This document shows, one piece after another, positions 11,776-23,530 of a DNA stretch of 64,000 bases. This DNA is from Takakia lepidozioides (taxonomy: Eukaryota; Plantae; Bryophyta): contig CM060731.1 of NCBI GenBank assembly GCA_030704615.1, forward strand, positions 86,800,001-86,864,000, given 5' to 3'. The notes below the pieces were generated by a model. It did no database searches. It was not told the DNA's origin and saw only the letters and a program-made list of their open reading frames with translations. The translations under genes and the position numbers were made by a program. Within the stretch, counting starts at the first letter, position 1; the number at the start of each line of letters is the position of its first letter.

Positions 11776-14250
11776 CTAATTTCTCAGCCATGATCTGAAA
11801 ATGCATTGCAAGAAACTAAAGTGAACATTGACCATACAACAAACGCATGTAATTGAGAGGAGCTGCAACATATGTACTGTCCTAGAAATGGGGGCAGATT
11901 GAACAAGCATACCTTCCAGTACGGTAGACTCCAAAGACATGATCTTTGCTTCATGCCATGCTTTTTTGAAGGGTCCGAGTCCCCCCTGGCCTACCTCTGT
12001 ACACATGGGACTCTTCAGCATTCTGAAGCTGATCCAATGCAGTTACGGGTTGGGGGGGGGGGGGCTGTAACCTTGACTCTTGAATACCTGTAAGCTTGAA
12101 TACCTTATCCACCATTTCTGGGATTTGGTGGGCTGGGACTACCATCATCTTAAAGTATTCCTTTGAATACTTTAGCCATTCCCCATTCTGTTTGCATGGC
12201 ATGATTTGAAAATCATCCACTGCTACTAAAGTTGATGCCACAAGAATGCTTGGCAATGGCAGGGGGTTTACCTCTTGTGTGGAGGGCCCTGCCGTGGCTT
12301 GTACCGGTGTCTGTTGAAGCTGTGGTGGTTGTGTTGCTGGTGGAGTTTGTGCTGGTGTTGTTGTTGTTGACTGAATTTGTGCTTCCCGTCCTTGTTCGTA
12401 GTCTTGTTCCTCCTACTCATCCTCATCCACTAATTCTTGCTCTGGAATTGGTGGAAGGTATCCTCGTGAATATTTGTCACCAATTCCGCCAATTGGTCTG
12501 CAGCATTGTCCTGTTGAGTTTCTTCATCTCAATGGGATTCCCTTCATTTAGCCATGCTCGTGCTAAGGCTGCATCTATTGCGTCCAGTCCTACTTGAAGT
12601 GTCAGCTTCTCCAGCTGCTTCTTCCATTCTTGTTCATTGCCTAGGGCAATGTCTCTTTCTGTAGTGGCTGTGAATAGCATACTCTCAGTCTTTTCTCTCT
12701 CTCTCAGTAGTACAGTATTGTTTGCTAGAATTATGTCTGCTTGTGTCTTAGTCTCGTGAAGCTGTTTTTTGAGGGTATTACTTCCTCCTCTATGGCTCTG
12801 GATCTTTCTCTCTCTGCATCGAGATCTGCCTGTACATGTTGTGTCTCCAGTTTCTGCCTTTGCCATCTCTGTTCCCATTCATCTCGGCTGTTTGCCAGTG
12901 TGTTGTATCGGTTGAGTATGATGGTCTGTTGATTCTCCAAAGCTGCAATTGTAACCTCATGGTTACAAACAGTACGTGCTGCTGCAAGTTCCCTCTAGTG
13001 CTTTTCTTTGAGGTGATCCATAATCATTGTAAGGTTCTCCGGGCTTATGTAATCTTTGGCCCTGTTCATCTGGAATGTTGCCTGGCTCAAGGCGTGTAGA
13101 ATTGCGTTTGCTGGGGTTTCCTCCAATCCTGTGTCCCATGTTGTTGTGTCTAGGACCTGTTGTTGTGAGAGTAATAATTCCAAATTAGAATTATTGTCTT
13201 GCTGCTGCTGACCTTGTGTTGCTTGCACCACCTGCTGTTGCTGCACAACTATGGCTCCCGCCTCTGTTGCTGGTTGCTCGACCTCTGCAGGTGTTGTCTG
13301 CTTTATTTCTGTGTTGGCAGGGGTAATTTCCATAGGTGTTGCTTCATTGGCCTACTGCTTGTCCCCTCCTTCTGGCTGTTGATTCTCTCTTTCTCTCTGC
13401 AGTGTAGAATCAGCCGTCGAGTTGAAGAGGTCTTCTGCCATTGCGCTCGTTGTCGCTTCGTTGATTCGGGCCCTCTTTACAAATCTGCCCTCTTCCTCCA
13501 ATGGTTGTCCTTCCTCATCTTGCCTTGCTGCCATCTCGCTTCCTTCCTCCTCCACCGTGTCTGCTCGCTGCATGACTCCTAATGTTGTTTGCTCTTCTGG
13601 TGTCAAATGCACGGTGTGTCGGATCATTTGCAGAAGTAGGGGAGTTACCATGGTTGTTGTCGACTGGTTTTTCTTCTTTGTCAGTCGGGTTAATTCTTGG
13701 ATCAACTTCTTTAGTAAGAAGCCTGCCCAATTCACGATTTGCCCGTTGAGGCAAATCAACACCTGGTCAAGCAGTTCGTTGGTGCAATAGCTGTGGTTTT
13801 GCCTAAGGCAAAGCAACGTGCTAAGCACTGGACTTATCTTCTGAAAGCCTGGATTTTTGCTTTGACTACATGTGTAGCCCTGATCTGCTTGCATGAGATC
13901 TTTAAACAGATCTGTGATAGTAAACCTCAGTGGTTTGTTGCTATGCGCTGGGACATCTTAACCGGGAAGATTAAACACCTCTACTAGGTACTGCTCCGTT
14001 AGTAATATCTGTGTGGCGAACGTTGGTGGTCCGAGTATTAGTGTTGTAATTCTCCAAGAACTCCCTGCACAGCTTGTCGTGTTTGAGATTCCAATCCAGG
14101 TTATTGATGAAATACAATAGGCCAAGACTGTCGAGTAATTCCGGTGTTTCTGCGTCTTGCTCAATCCTCCTCAAGGCTGGGCTGATCTTGAATCCCACCT
14201 GTGTATAAGGGCATGGTGTCTTCCGCTTGACGCCTGCCATTTCCCTTAGT
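11776..14250 (-). pseudogene. Extra post-pol ORF of G0 (ATHILA-ORF/plant-mobile-domain-like N-terminus plus coiled coil), fragmented
   Basis: ORF pieces (LDWNLKHDKLCREFLENY, VNWAGFLLKKLIQEL, Q/E-rich coiled coil) are collinear and similar to the extra ORF of G1-G3. Confidence 0.6.
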
Positions 14251-15101
14251 CTTGCTCTTGTTGTAAGGAATTGAATTACCAATTCTTGTATCAACATCAG
14301 TATGAAGCACACTGGAACTTGTGTATACATACAACAATTTCCAGTTCGCAGAAGAGGAAGTGTAGAAAGCTTGTCGGGGTTTAAGTAGGGGTTCTGCCCT
14401 TTGGGCTTCCGTTTGATCTTCCCGAGAAGTTCCTGTGGAGGTGATTTTGATGTGTTGTCCACCTGGTTTTAAAGTGTAGTTGGCTTTGATTGCCGGGCCC
14501 GCACTTACCAAGAAGCACTTGGCTTCCGGTAATGGTTTTGGATGGATCTCATCCTTTTTCTGGATGTGATTGATTTTTTTTCGTTGGTGTTTTCTTCGTG
14601 GTTCATCCTGGATTGGGATGATGGTCGTTGATGATTGTCCTAGTTTGGTTGGTTTGCATTCATCCATCTTGGAAAGTGGTATGTTTTTAGATGTGCGGCG
14701 TGTGCACAGTACGTACTTGCAAATTGGTTTAATGGTTTTGCCCGTATCTTCCGCCGTCTTTTGGCAATCCGTTGGATTGCGCCGTCGTTCTTGCTCCATG
14801 TTATGATCGATGGTTCGTGGTGCATTATTGCCACGGTCGGTGGGGTCATCTGGAGCGTACATCTCGGAGTTCAACACGATTAGTGATTCGTTGGCCGCTT
14901 TGTATTTGTTCACGGTTCTGTAGGGCATGCGTGATGGCCACGGTTCTCCATATGGTATACGCGGCAGTAATGCCATGCTCTAAATTCGTGGTGGTCGTAA
15001 AGCGGTGCCCTGAACTCGTATTGCTACCTTTTTCAATACTTGCTGAACAGCCATCAACATTACAGGTAAGGGCAACACCTTATTTAGAAAGAAAGGGTTG
15101 G

Positions 15102-16890
15102 TTATGACTCTTCTCTTGCTGGATCGTGATGGATGTAAAAAGTGCTGGAGCTTTCTTGTTCTTCATCTATCATCTGATCTTCTTCATTGGCATACAAATC
15201 ATGGATGAGGGCTTGGTCGTGTATCCCCTTATAGCCCTTTAACTTGTTGATATTTAATCGTCCCACAAATTCTTGTTCCAGGGTCTGTAAATCAACAGTT
15301 CTATTGTCATGTACCTTTTTGATTTGAAAAGGCCCCATCCATGGCATTTTCAACTTGCCCCCCAGTTTAACCTTCTTGATCTTTGGTAGCCATAAGACTA
15401 TTTCTCCATCTTGGCAAGATTTTACTTTCCCTTCCGATACTCTTTTTTTCCGCTGCACTTGAATTTGTGCCATGTTATCTGCAGCGTCTGCTCGAACTTT
15501 TTCCAAGTGGAATAATTCATGTTCCCTGACTCGCAGTGATTCCTCCAGACCCCATCGTTCATGAGTTGAGGTTCGTAGTGTGGGTACCATACATTCAATT
15601 GGTAATAGTGCTTCTGCTCCATACACTAGTTGAAATGGTGTATGTTTCGTGGTCACCTTGTATGATGTCCTGAATGCCCATAGTGCCGTGTTCATTTTGG
15701 TGTCCCAATTTGTGCGATTGGCATTCACTATCTTAGTCAAGATAGTGCACAAAATCTTGTTGGTAGATTCTGCTTGGCCATTACCCTGAGGGTAATAAGC
15801 GGTACTCTTGTGGTGCACAATCATGAATTCCTCTGTCAGGCATTTTATGGCATCATTCATAAAATGTGATCCTTGATCACTGACAAACTCCAGTGGACAA
15901 CCGAATCGGGTGATGATGTTCTCATATAAGAACTTGGTTGTTGACTTGGCAGTGTTGTCTCTTAATGCCTTGGCCTCTACCCACTTGGTAGTGTAATCAG
16001 TGGCTATGAGAATGTATTGGTTCTGTGTATATCCTGCTGGAGGTTTAATGGGTCCCATGAAGTCTAGCCCCCAACGCTGAAATGGCTCTGTTGGTAATAT
16101 TGGGTGCATCGTTCCTTTTCCAGTTCTTTCTACTGGTCCCATTCTCTGGCAGACATCACACTGTTGACAGTGTTCTGTCTCCAAAAATAGTAGGCCACCA
16201 GTAACCTGCTAGTAATATCTTCTTTGCTGTCAGGTCTGAACTGAAGCGTCCTCCTGCTATTCCTTCATGTAATTCTTGCATCACTGTTTTGGCTTGTTCT
16301 TTGTTCACACATCTTCTCATTATGGAATCAATTCCTCTTTTGTACAAAATTCCTCTTATCACTGTGTATTGCTTGATTTTCATTGAAAGCTTTCTCCTAT
16401 CATCTTTGGTGTAGTCTTCAGGAAATTTTCATGTGTTCAGATAGTATTTGATTGGCCATTGCTAATCATCTGGATCTTGATCTTGATTTTGAATGTCTTT
16501 TGGTTCCTCCTTGGTGACTGCATAAGTTCCAATGCTAATATTGGCCAATTCTTGATCATTTGGCTCCTCGTTTTTCTTGTCATCTCCTTCTGGATCTGAC
16601 TCCTCCTCAATAATTGGTCCTTCATCAAGGGGTTCGTCTTCATCTGATGAGTCTTCTTCTTCATCTGTGTCATCCATCAACTTAAGCGAGTCTGAAAGGT
16701 CTTGTGCTTCTGGTTGAACAGTAAACAGAAATGCATCGGGAAGTTGATCCTCTACTCCTGTTGCAGGTTCTCCAGTAGTAAGTCTTGACAGATGGTCTGC
16801 TGTAACATGTAATCTTCTAGGCTTATGAACAACCTCGAAATCATATTCATGAAGAAGTAATAACCATCGAGCAACCCTGCCACTAGCTAG
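15102..16890 (-). pseudogene. Gypsy pol fragment: RNase H C-terminus and integrase
   Basis: [51 protein letters not shown] (GPY/F). Confidence 0.92.
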
Positions 16891-17144
16891 GGGGGTTCCT
16901 ATTCCAGGAGCTCATGAGCCATGAGCTCATGAGCGGGCATGCATGAGCCATGAGCCGCCAAGTAACACACTACGAATGACGGCAGGTTTTTTTCGGGCAA
17001 AAAATGATAAAATAATCGAAAGTAGTATAAGAAGAGTAGGTTTTCGAAGATTTCCGCGCTCATGCTGGAAGCACTCCGCTCATAAGTAATAGTATCCGCT
17101 CGTGACGTCGAGCCACCAGCCCAGGTCATGGAAAAACTGAATAC

Positions 17145-17492
17145 TGGCCAATAACGGCACCGAAATTACCCCACAACAAGGGACGCGTGCGGAATTACGA
17201 TCGGGGTTTGCAGACTCCGAACACACAATGAGGACCTGTAACCGTGGATAGTACTGTTGCAGAACTGCATGATGGTTGGGGATAACGGCGCCGGAATTAG
17301 GCACCGGAAAGGAAATAGCCGGCTGAAGGCTCCGGATTGAAGCCAATAACGGCGCCGAAATTGGGCATCGGAAACCAAATACCCCGCTGAAGCCTCTGGA
17401 GTGAAGCCAATAATGGCGCCAAAATTGGGTTTTGGAAAACAAATACCCAGCTCAAGGCTCCGGAGTGAAGCCAATAACGGCACCGAAATACA
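17145..17492. repeat. Subterminal repeats of copy B, CCAATAACGGCGCCGAAATT motif, 64-bp period
   Basis: GGC(G/A)CC cores at 17156, 17287, 17351, 17415 and 17479. Confidence 0.8.
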
Positions 17493-17709
17493 TGACATGG
17501 CCGAAAACTGCCAGATGCAAACTGTCCTGAAACTGGTGCGGATTTGTCTAATAAAAGCACACATGTGGGAGGAAATTCGAGTTCTGCCGCATACCACATT
17601 GGCAGTGCAACAATGATATATCCCTCTTCTGCCGGCCTCACTCTCATTTTGCTCTTCTCTCTCTGTACCCATCTCCCTCTGCTCTGTGTTCTTGTTGTGT
17701 CGTGAGGCC

Positions 17710-18279
17710 ATGGTGTGCCCGAATCACACCTATCGACGCCAGACGGGACTCATTGCCCCGAAAGCACATGCCATCATCGTCTTACTAGATGTTTACAGGG
17801 ACGATCCTCAACTTGTCCAGCTGAGAGCAATGGAGCTTCTTACAGGATTCCACGATTCTCCTGGACCTCGTCTGGCGAGCAGGTGGTTCCTGCGCATCAT
17901 CATGGACCTGGACCTTCCGCTTCACTGGGAGCCGAATAGGTCACGCACAGCGTTGCTGTATCGATGGAACTGTTGCGAGTGGACGTATGATGAGTGCATA
18001 GGTGATAACTTTATGCGTGGACGGACTGGCTCGCAAATTGGGGACATTCTCTTGAGTTATGAGGATGAGCAGGAGGGGAACACATGGCCCATTGTGAAAA
18101 TATCGTTCTACAAATGGGGCATTATCGATAAACATGACATCCTCGTTAGTTTCAACCGGGCGACAGAATCCGCTGACATCAGTTCAATAACGCACCGAAA
18201 TAGGCTAGAATGCCCTTGTATCTTGCACACAATGAAGGCTTTCCTCGGATCCATAATTAATAGACAGAACCAAAATTAA
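17710..18279 (+). CDS. Orphan ~189-aa ORF inside MULE copy B, unknown function
   Basis: Uninterrupted ATG-TAA ORF with globular composition, convergent with the transposase. No recognisable motif. Confidence 0.45.
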   Translation: MVCPNHTYRRQTGLIAPKAHAIIVLLDVYRDDPQLVQLRAMELLTGFHDSPGPRLASRWFLRIIMDLDLPLHWEPNRSRTALLYRWNCCEWTYDECIGDNFMRGRTGSQIGDILLSYEDEQEGNTWPIVKISFYKWGIIDKHDILVSFNRATESADISSITHRNRLECPCILHTMKAFLGSIINRQNQN

Positions 18280-18534
18280 AAAGCATGCCCACGCCATTCA
18301 GGGTCAAAGGCCACATTTCATGTATTGCGGCACCAAAATGCACCTAAAGCCATGGAAATGCGGCACCACCAAGTGTATATTTCCTGCCAAAAAATATGGT
18401 GCAAGAAGATGAATGTAATAGAATTGGGTGGGAATGTCAATTCCACATGTCGAAAAAATAGAGTAGCGCCGCTATTGCAACAATGAAAGTGGCTGAAAGT
18501 GTCTTGCCACTTTCTCCTTCCCGAATGTGGAATG

Positions 18535-19498
18535 TCAACCAGTTCTCCCTGTATCCTGCCTGAGGGCCTTGTGCAGCTTGTTGAAGCTCAGTGTTGGAGC
18601 ATGGATGAAGACGTCCACTGCAGATATGCACCTCATGCGCTTCAGAAAAATGTAATACACATGTTTGCAGGGGACGTATGTTGCGTTCTTTGATTCCATA
18701 ACAAGGGAGTCCTCACAGTTGCAGGCTGGGTACTGAGAAACCGTGATTGCATACACGACACTGTGCGCAACGGACCCAGCTGTGGACAACTGAAATATGC
18801 GCCCCATCCCGGGGTGAGGAACATCCCTGCAACCTTGCACTATGCAGGGCATTGCAAGGGCGTTGGCCATCCTGGTGTTATTTGCCTTTGTTGGTGGCCG
18901 TCGTCTTTTCAGTTTCCCCCACCGATGGGTCGGCCAAGCTGCGGGGTCAGCCATCGGTATGCGGGGTGAAGAGTTTCTTGTGGGAGGAGGATGACGATTG
19001 GGAATTGGATTTTGAGGAACGTTTGTCCTCTCCACCAGTCGAAACCCTGCACATCCCAGAGCGTCTGCCTCCTCCTGGGTAAGATATGTACCAGTTGCCA
19101 CAGGCCAGACTGCTGGTGGTTCAGGCATGCCTTGTATACCATACTTGGGCTTGCCGAACACACATGACATGATGTCGTGCCTGCAGAACCAGAACTCCTT
19201 CAGTGTGGTCTCTACAAACTTTGCGCACATAAATCTCCATGTGAAGCAAGAGGCAGGCACACCGCCCTGCGGGCTCCTCCGAATCATCTCATTACATCTC
19301 TGGTTGGTGTCGACACGAATAGCACAACATTTGCCACGAAATGACTGACGAGTCCGTGCAATTCTCTACTGCGAGGCCGACACATCTCTCTCCACAACTG
19401 GGATGCCATATTGGGTAACGATAATGGGAGCAGCATGCTCATCCTCGGGATGTTGTCCCAAGTCTAGCAGCGATTCCAACGATGCTGCAGGAGAGGGG
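18535..19498 (-). pseudogene. C-terminal part of MULE transposase of copy B (Cys-rich region plus SWIM)
   Basis: FWFCRHDIMSCVFGKPKYG and YPACNCED...CKHVYY are homologous to A and C. Confidence 0.88.
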
Positions 19499-22400
19499 GA
19501 GGTTTACTATTTCATGAGCAGAAACCATGAGCCATGAGCCATGAGCCGCATGAGCCGCATGAGCGGTGAGCCGAAGTCTAAGACACGCGGATTTCATGAG
19601 CGGACTCCTCCAAATTAGGAAATGCGGCAGATTAAATAAGTATTAAAAATAATAGTTTTTTATTTGACCTTGCCGTTTTTGGAAGTTCCACATCGTGTAA
19701 TGCGGCAAAGATATGTTGTCAGTAACAAGTCCGTTCATGGTTTTTTAGATCCGCTCATGGAAATGATTGACCGTGCAACGATAAATCCAGTATACCACGG
19801 CAAAAGGACGTCGCATACTGGCCTATATAGAGTATTCCGCGGTTTTACATGCCTTAACATTGGAATGAAGCTGACCCTTCTGCCGCGATTGAACCAATAG
19901 AGTCTGCACCAATAGAGTCTGCAGTACTTCACAATTCTGTCATTTTCGGGTATTCGGCGGGAAAGATTTGCGACTCAACTGGGAAATGCGGTGCCGCATT
20001 AGGGCTCGCACGTGCGAAATTTCTGGGGAGTTTGGTGTTGGCGACGGTCGGCTCCTTGAAGGCTGGGTGCGACTATCTTGCTATGACGAAGGCCGCATCT
20101 ACCAGTACCTACGACGTTACTTGGAAATGCGGCGCCGCATTTCCTTGCCGGGGGTTGAATGAGGAAAGCAAAGTTTGGGAGAGCAGAAAAATAGGAACCC
20201 TCCAACAAACAAAAATACAAGCACGTAGAAATAGAAGTGAATGACATAGTATTATCTTAGTTCGAGCAAAACAGGTTACTGGTAGGCAAGACATATGTCC
20301 GACCTTTCTGTGGCTAGACTCAGAGGTACTTGCAGTAGTACAGTTCTACTACAACTGAAACTCCGAAAAGGATGGGCGTACCATGGTTGGGGACCGCAAG
20401 CCAAGCTCATTGGTCCCCCGGATCCATATTCAGAAGACTGTGCACCTCTTGGGGGCTCAACCCTGGTGCATGTATGAAGTGATGAGTTGTGGAATTACAC
20501 CGGAGTCTCTTTAGGTACACGTAGTACAGATGCTTGCAAGGGCGGTATGATGCCCCCTTGTTCACCATGATCTAGAAGTCGGTGCAATTGCAGGTGGGTA
20601 ATTCTGAAATGGTGATGGTGTACACCTCATTGCGAACAGCTGAGCCTGCCGTGGCCATCTGATACACACGCCCAAAGCCTGGTGGGGGCACTTCTGTCGA
20701 GCTCTGGATTATACAGTTCATCCGAAGTGCATTCCCCATCCTCGTCTCGTTCACTTTTGAGGGAGGTCGCCGCCTCTTCGGTTTTCCCCCAATGGTGTGT
20801 AGGATGCTTAGAGCTGTCATGTCCCATTGTTCTTGCTCTCATAGGGGTCGGTGGTGGAGGCTGTGGAAGCGGAAATGGTTGTCTGGGGACGTCAGTGCGC
20901 TGCACCATCCAAAATCCTGCGGTGGTAAGGGCGTCGGCCTCAACCTGACTCAGATGGCAGCCTGGTTCCACCGCCCACACCGGGGGAGCCTCTGGCATTG
21001 TTTGTATGCCGTACTTGGGCTTTCCATACACGCAAGTCATAATGTCGTGCCTGCAGAACCAGAACTGGGTGGTTGTCGCCTCCGCAAACTTTGCATGGAC
21101 AAATCTTTTTGTAAAAGTAGGAGCAGGGACAGCCCCATCTGGATTCCTCCTTATCATCTCTAAACAATGTTGCCGTGTATCCACTCGAATTGTGGAACAC
21201 CTGCCTCGAAACGACGGCTTTGTGCGAGCAATTCTCCACTGTGACACAGACACAGTCGTCTCCACAATGGCTTGGCCATACTGCATAACAGCGGGCAGAA
21301 TCTGGGGCAAGCGAGCGGTGGGAATTTCTCGCACGGAATCCCCGTTTGAAGGCGATGGCGATCTGGAATTTCTTGGGCTTCCACTGCTGGAAGACACATT
21401 GTGCGGCAACATGACGGGACCTCGAGGTGCTGTCCGAATGTTCCTGTCGGATCTCCAGGAATCCTCTTTGCACCCGGGTTCCTCTTCAATCCTCCGCCTC
21501 ACAGAGCGAGTACGGACGTCCCCCTCTAGGTGTTCACCTCTGCGGTGCAGAGGCGTCCCTTTGATCTTCTCTCGTAATGCTGTCGCCTATTTCAGTGGAT
21601 TCTTCGACCTCGAAGCTATTCGTACCAACAATTCCTCCCTGTCCGGCCCAAAGCCCCATTGTTTCCCGCTCATGAACTTGTAGTACGTGGCTTGCTGCAT
21701 GATTGCTCGGTCGATGTCCTCCGTTGTGGCCGTCACTACGTCCACCAGATGTGCGGCAGAAGACGCTCGCCAGGAGGAGTGGACTGATTCTGCCATATTC
21801 GTGTTCGGCATGTCCGTGTCGGAATCCAAGCACCGCTCCTACAAAGACACAAACAATGGTGAGGGACCAATGGAAAGGTCCGTAATAGAAAGACAATTGC
21901 ACGAAAATGACAGCATCATACCTCTCGCATGTACTGTCCAAATTGTCGATACCGGAAATGCCACCACCCCAACCAGCTGTGCAAGGCTCCCAGATTGGTT
22001 GTCTCCACTGCACCTGACGTGTTCCACCAAGCCTCGATGATAGCAAACTTAACCTCTGCGTCATCAAATGTGGGTGCATCCTTCCATACCGTACAAAGGA
22101 CACGATGTTCAGCCTGAAATGAGCTAGCAACAAATTTGGTAGTGTAGTGAGATAGACTCTGCATCCAATGGAATCCACAGGATCTCTCTTTCCCCTCCAT
22201 TGGAACATTGGGGTCCTCACCGTACACACGCCGCACCGCTGCCTAGTTGGCCTGAGCGTTGTCTGCCATGAATCCCCTGAAATTGGGCTCTGGCAATCCC
22301 GCCCTTGCCATCTGCTCGTTTATGCCCTCCCACAAATGCATCTCGACTGTGTGTCCTCCCCGTTCATCTCGCAGATTGCAATCGTCATGAGCCTCTTGGA

Positions 22401-22511
22401 GTGATAGTCATAAACATGCGCACCCATAGTCACCCACTGATGGTTTGTAATTCGCTTGATGTGATCAAACATCACCCAAGCATTCGACAAGTTTCCAGTT
22501 GTCATGCGAGT
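19499..22511 (-). mobile_element. MULE copy D (same subfamily as A, inverted), interrupted by gypsy LTR
   Basis: Starts GAGGTTTACTATTTCATGAGC. Highly similar to the reverse complement of 7805-10758. Similarity stops where the LTR TG begins at 22512. Confidence 0.92.
20407..22511 (-). pseudogene. MULE transposase 3' half, copy D
   Basis: WVMFDH, CGFHW, NTNMAESVH and SWIM motifs. Contains in-frame stops and an indel. Confidence 0.88.
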
Positions 22512-23492
22512 TGTCGCGCGGCTTTTACTCACCCATCCCTTGCTATCCGAGGCGGAAACTCCAAGATAGAAGAGTTGGAAATCTCTAAGTACTCAGCCCG
22601 CGCAGAACAATCAGTCATGACCTACAGCTAGTGTATCATGGGGGTGTTTCCTATTTATTTCCCTTTCCGCATTCATGTTAGCTACCTTACCATTACTAAT
22701 TAAGTATCAGTTTGCTTCATCAATCTATCGGATTCCATCAACCCATCCATTCATTCCACAGCTTCACTCAGATCTCTCTACACAGTGTGATTGTATCGTA
22801 TAAGTATCAGATTATGATTTATCAGGTATCAGGCCGAAGCCATTGTGTCTCTAATCTGCTCTACAATATCACTACAGCTTTGTATATAACAAGCATCTAC
22901 TAATCATCTTTCCTCCTTCACCGTGCTCTCCATCTTTACTCTCCGTCCGATCCCCTCTCATGCATGACCAAGAAGTCATCCCCCCTGAAGTGCTTCCAAG
23001 AATATATATCTGTCCCCTTCTCAGTCCTTGCTTCTCCCTTTATCTTCCTACCCGTGGCTCTAACCGTTTCCCTCACTAACCGTCGTCCGTGAACTAACAT
23101 GTTCCATTTGCAGGTGTTGTTCCCCACAGTCGTTCCCTGTCCTGCTCTCCGTTCCCTCTGGTCGTGACAGTTGTGTCAAGCTGTGACTGGCTGTGTGAAA
23201 CTGTGACGGGCTGTGACTGGCTGTGCGACTGTGTTTGGCTGTGTCGGGCTGTGATGGCTGTGTGTGTGGCTGTGTCGGCTGTGACGGGCTGTGTTGGCTG
23301 TGATGGCTGTGTCGGGCTGTGACGAGCTGTGCTAACTGTGTCTGGCTGTGTCGGCTGTGACGGACTGTGTAACCCCCCTCTAGAGTGCGCTGCTGTCACC
23401 CCTAAGGCTCCTGTTGGTCTCAGTCTGTGCAAAAATTAAGGGTACCCTACAGATCCCGTATAAGTGTCTAAGTCCCAGACAGTCCTCTAACA
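22512..23492 (-). repeat. LTR (3' LTR of gypsy unit G1)
   Basis: TG...CA ends. Direct repeat of 58479-59504. Adjacent minus-strand PPT GAGAGGGGAAGGGG at ~23496-23509. Internal GGCTGTG-rich tract. Confidence 0.92.
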
Positions 23493-23530
23493 TTACCCCT
23501 TCCCCTCTCAAAAAGCCGTGTCCTCACGGT

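Larger units (their letters stand above)
11620..16890 (-). mobile_element. Ty3/gypsy LTR retrotransposon fragment G0 (3' half)
   Basis: On the minus strand: RNase H end, integrase, extra 3' ORF, PPT-like GAAAGTGGGAAGGG, then TG-starting LTR stub of ~33 bp (11620-11652). Interrupted at 16890 by MULE copy B. Confidence 0.82.
16891..19498 (-). mobile_element. MULE copy B (third subfamily), one end, interrupted by copy D
   Basis: Begins GGGGGTTCCTATTCCAGGAGCTCATGAGCC, similar to the TIR of C, followed by CATGAGC repeats. Contains the 3' end of a homologous transposase. Confidence 0.8.

Noticed and set aside
14161-14976. 271-aa ORF between G0 integrase and the extra ORF
   Set aside because: No motifs and no counterpart in the other family; probably a spacer that is open by chance.
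23468-23476. CTAAGTCCC in the LTR matching copy C's intron hairpin motif
   Set aside because: A single 9-bp match that is not conserved in the second LTR.
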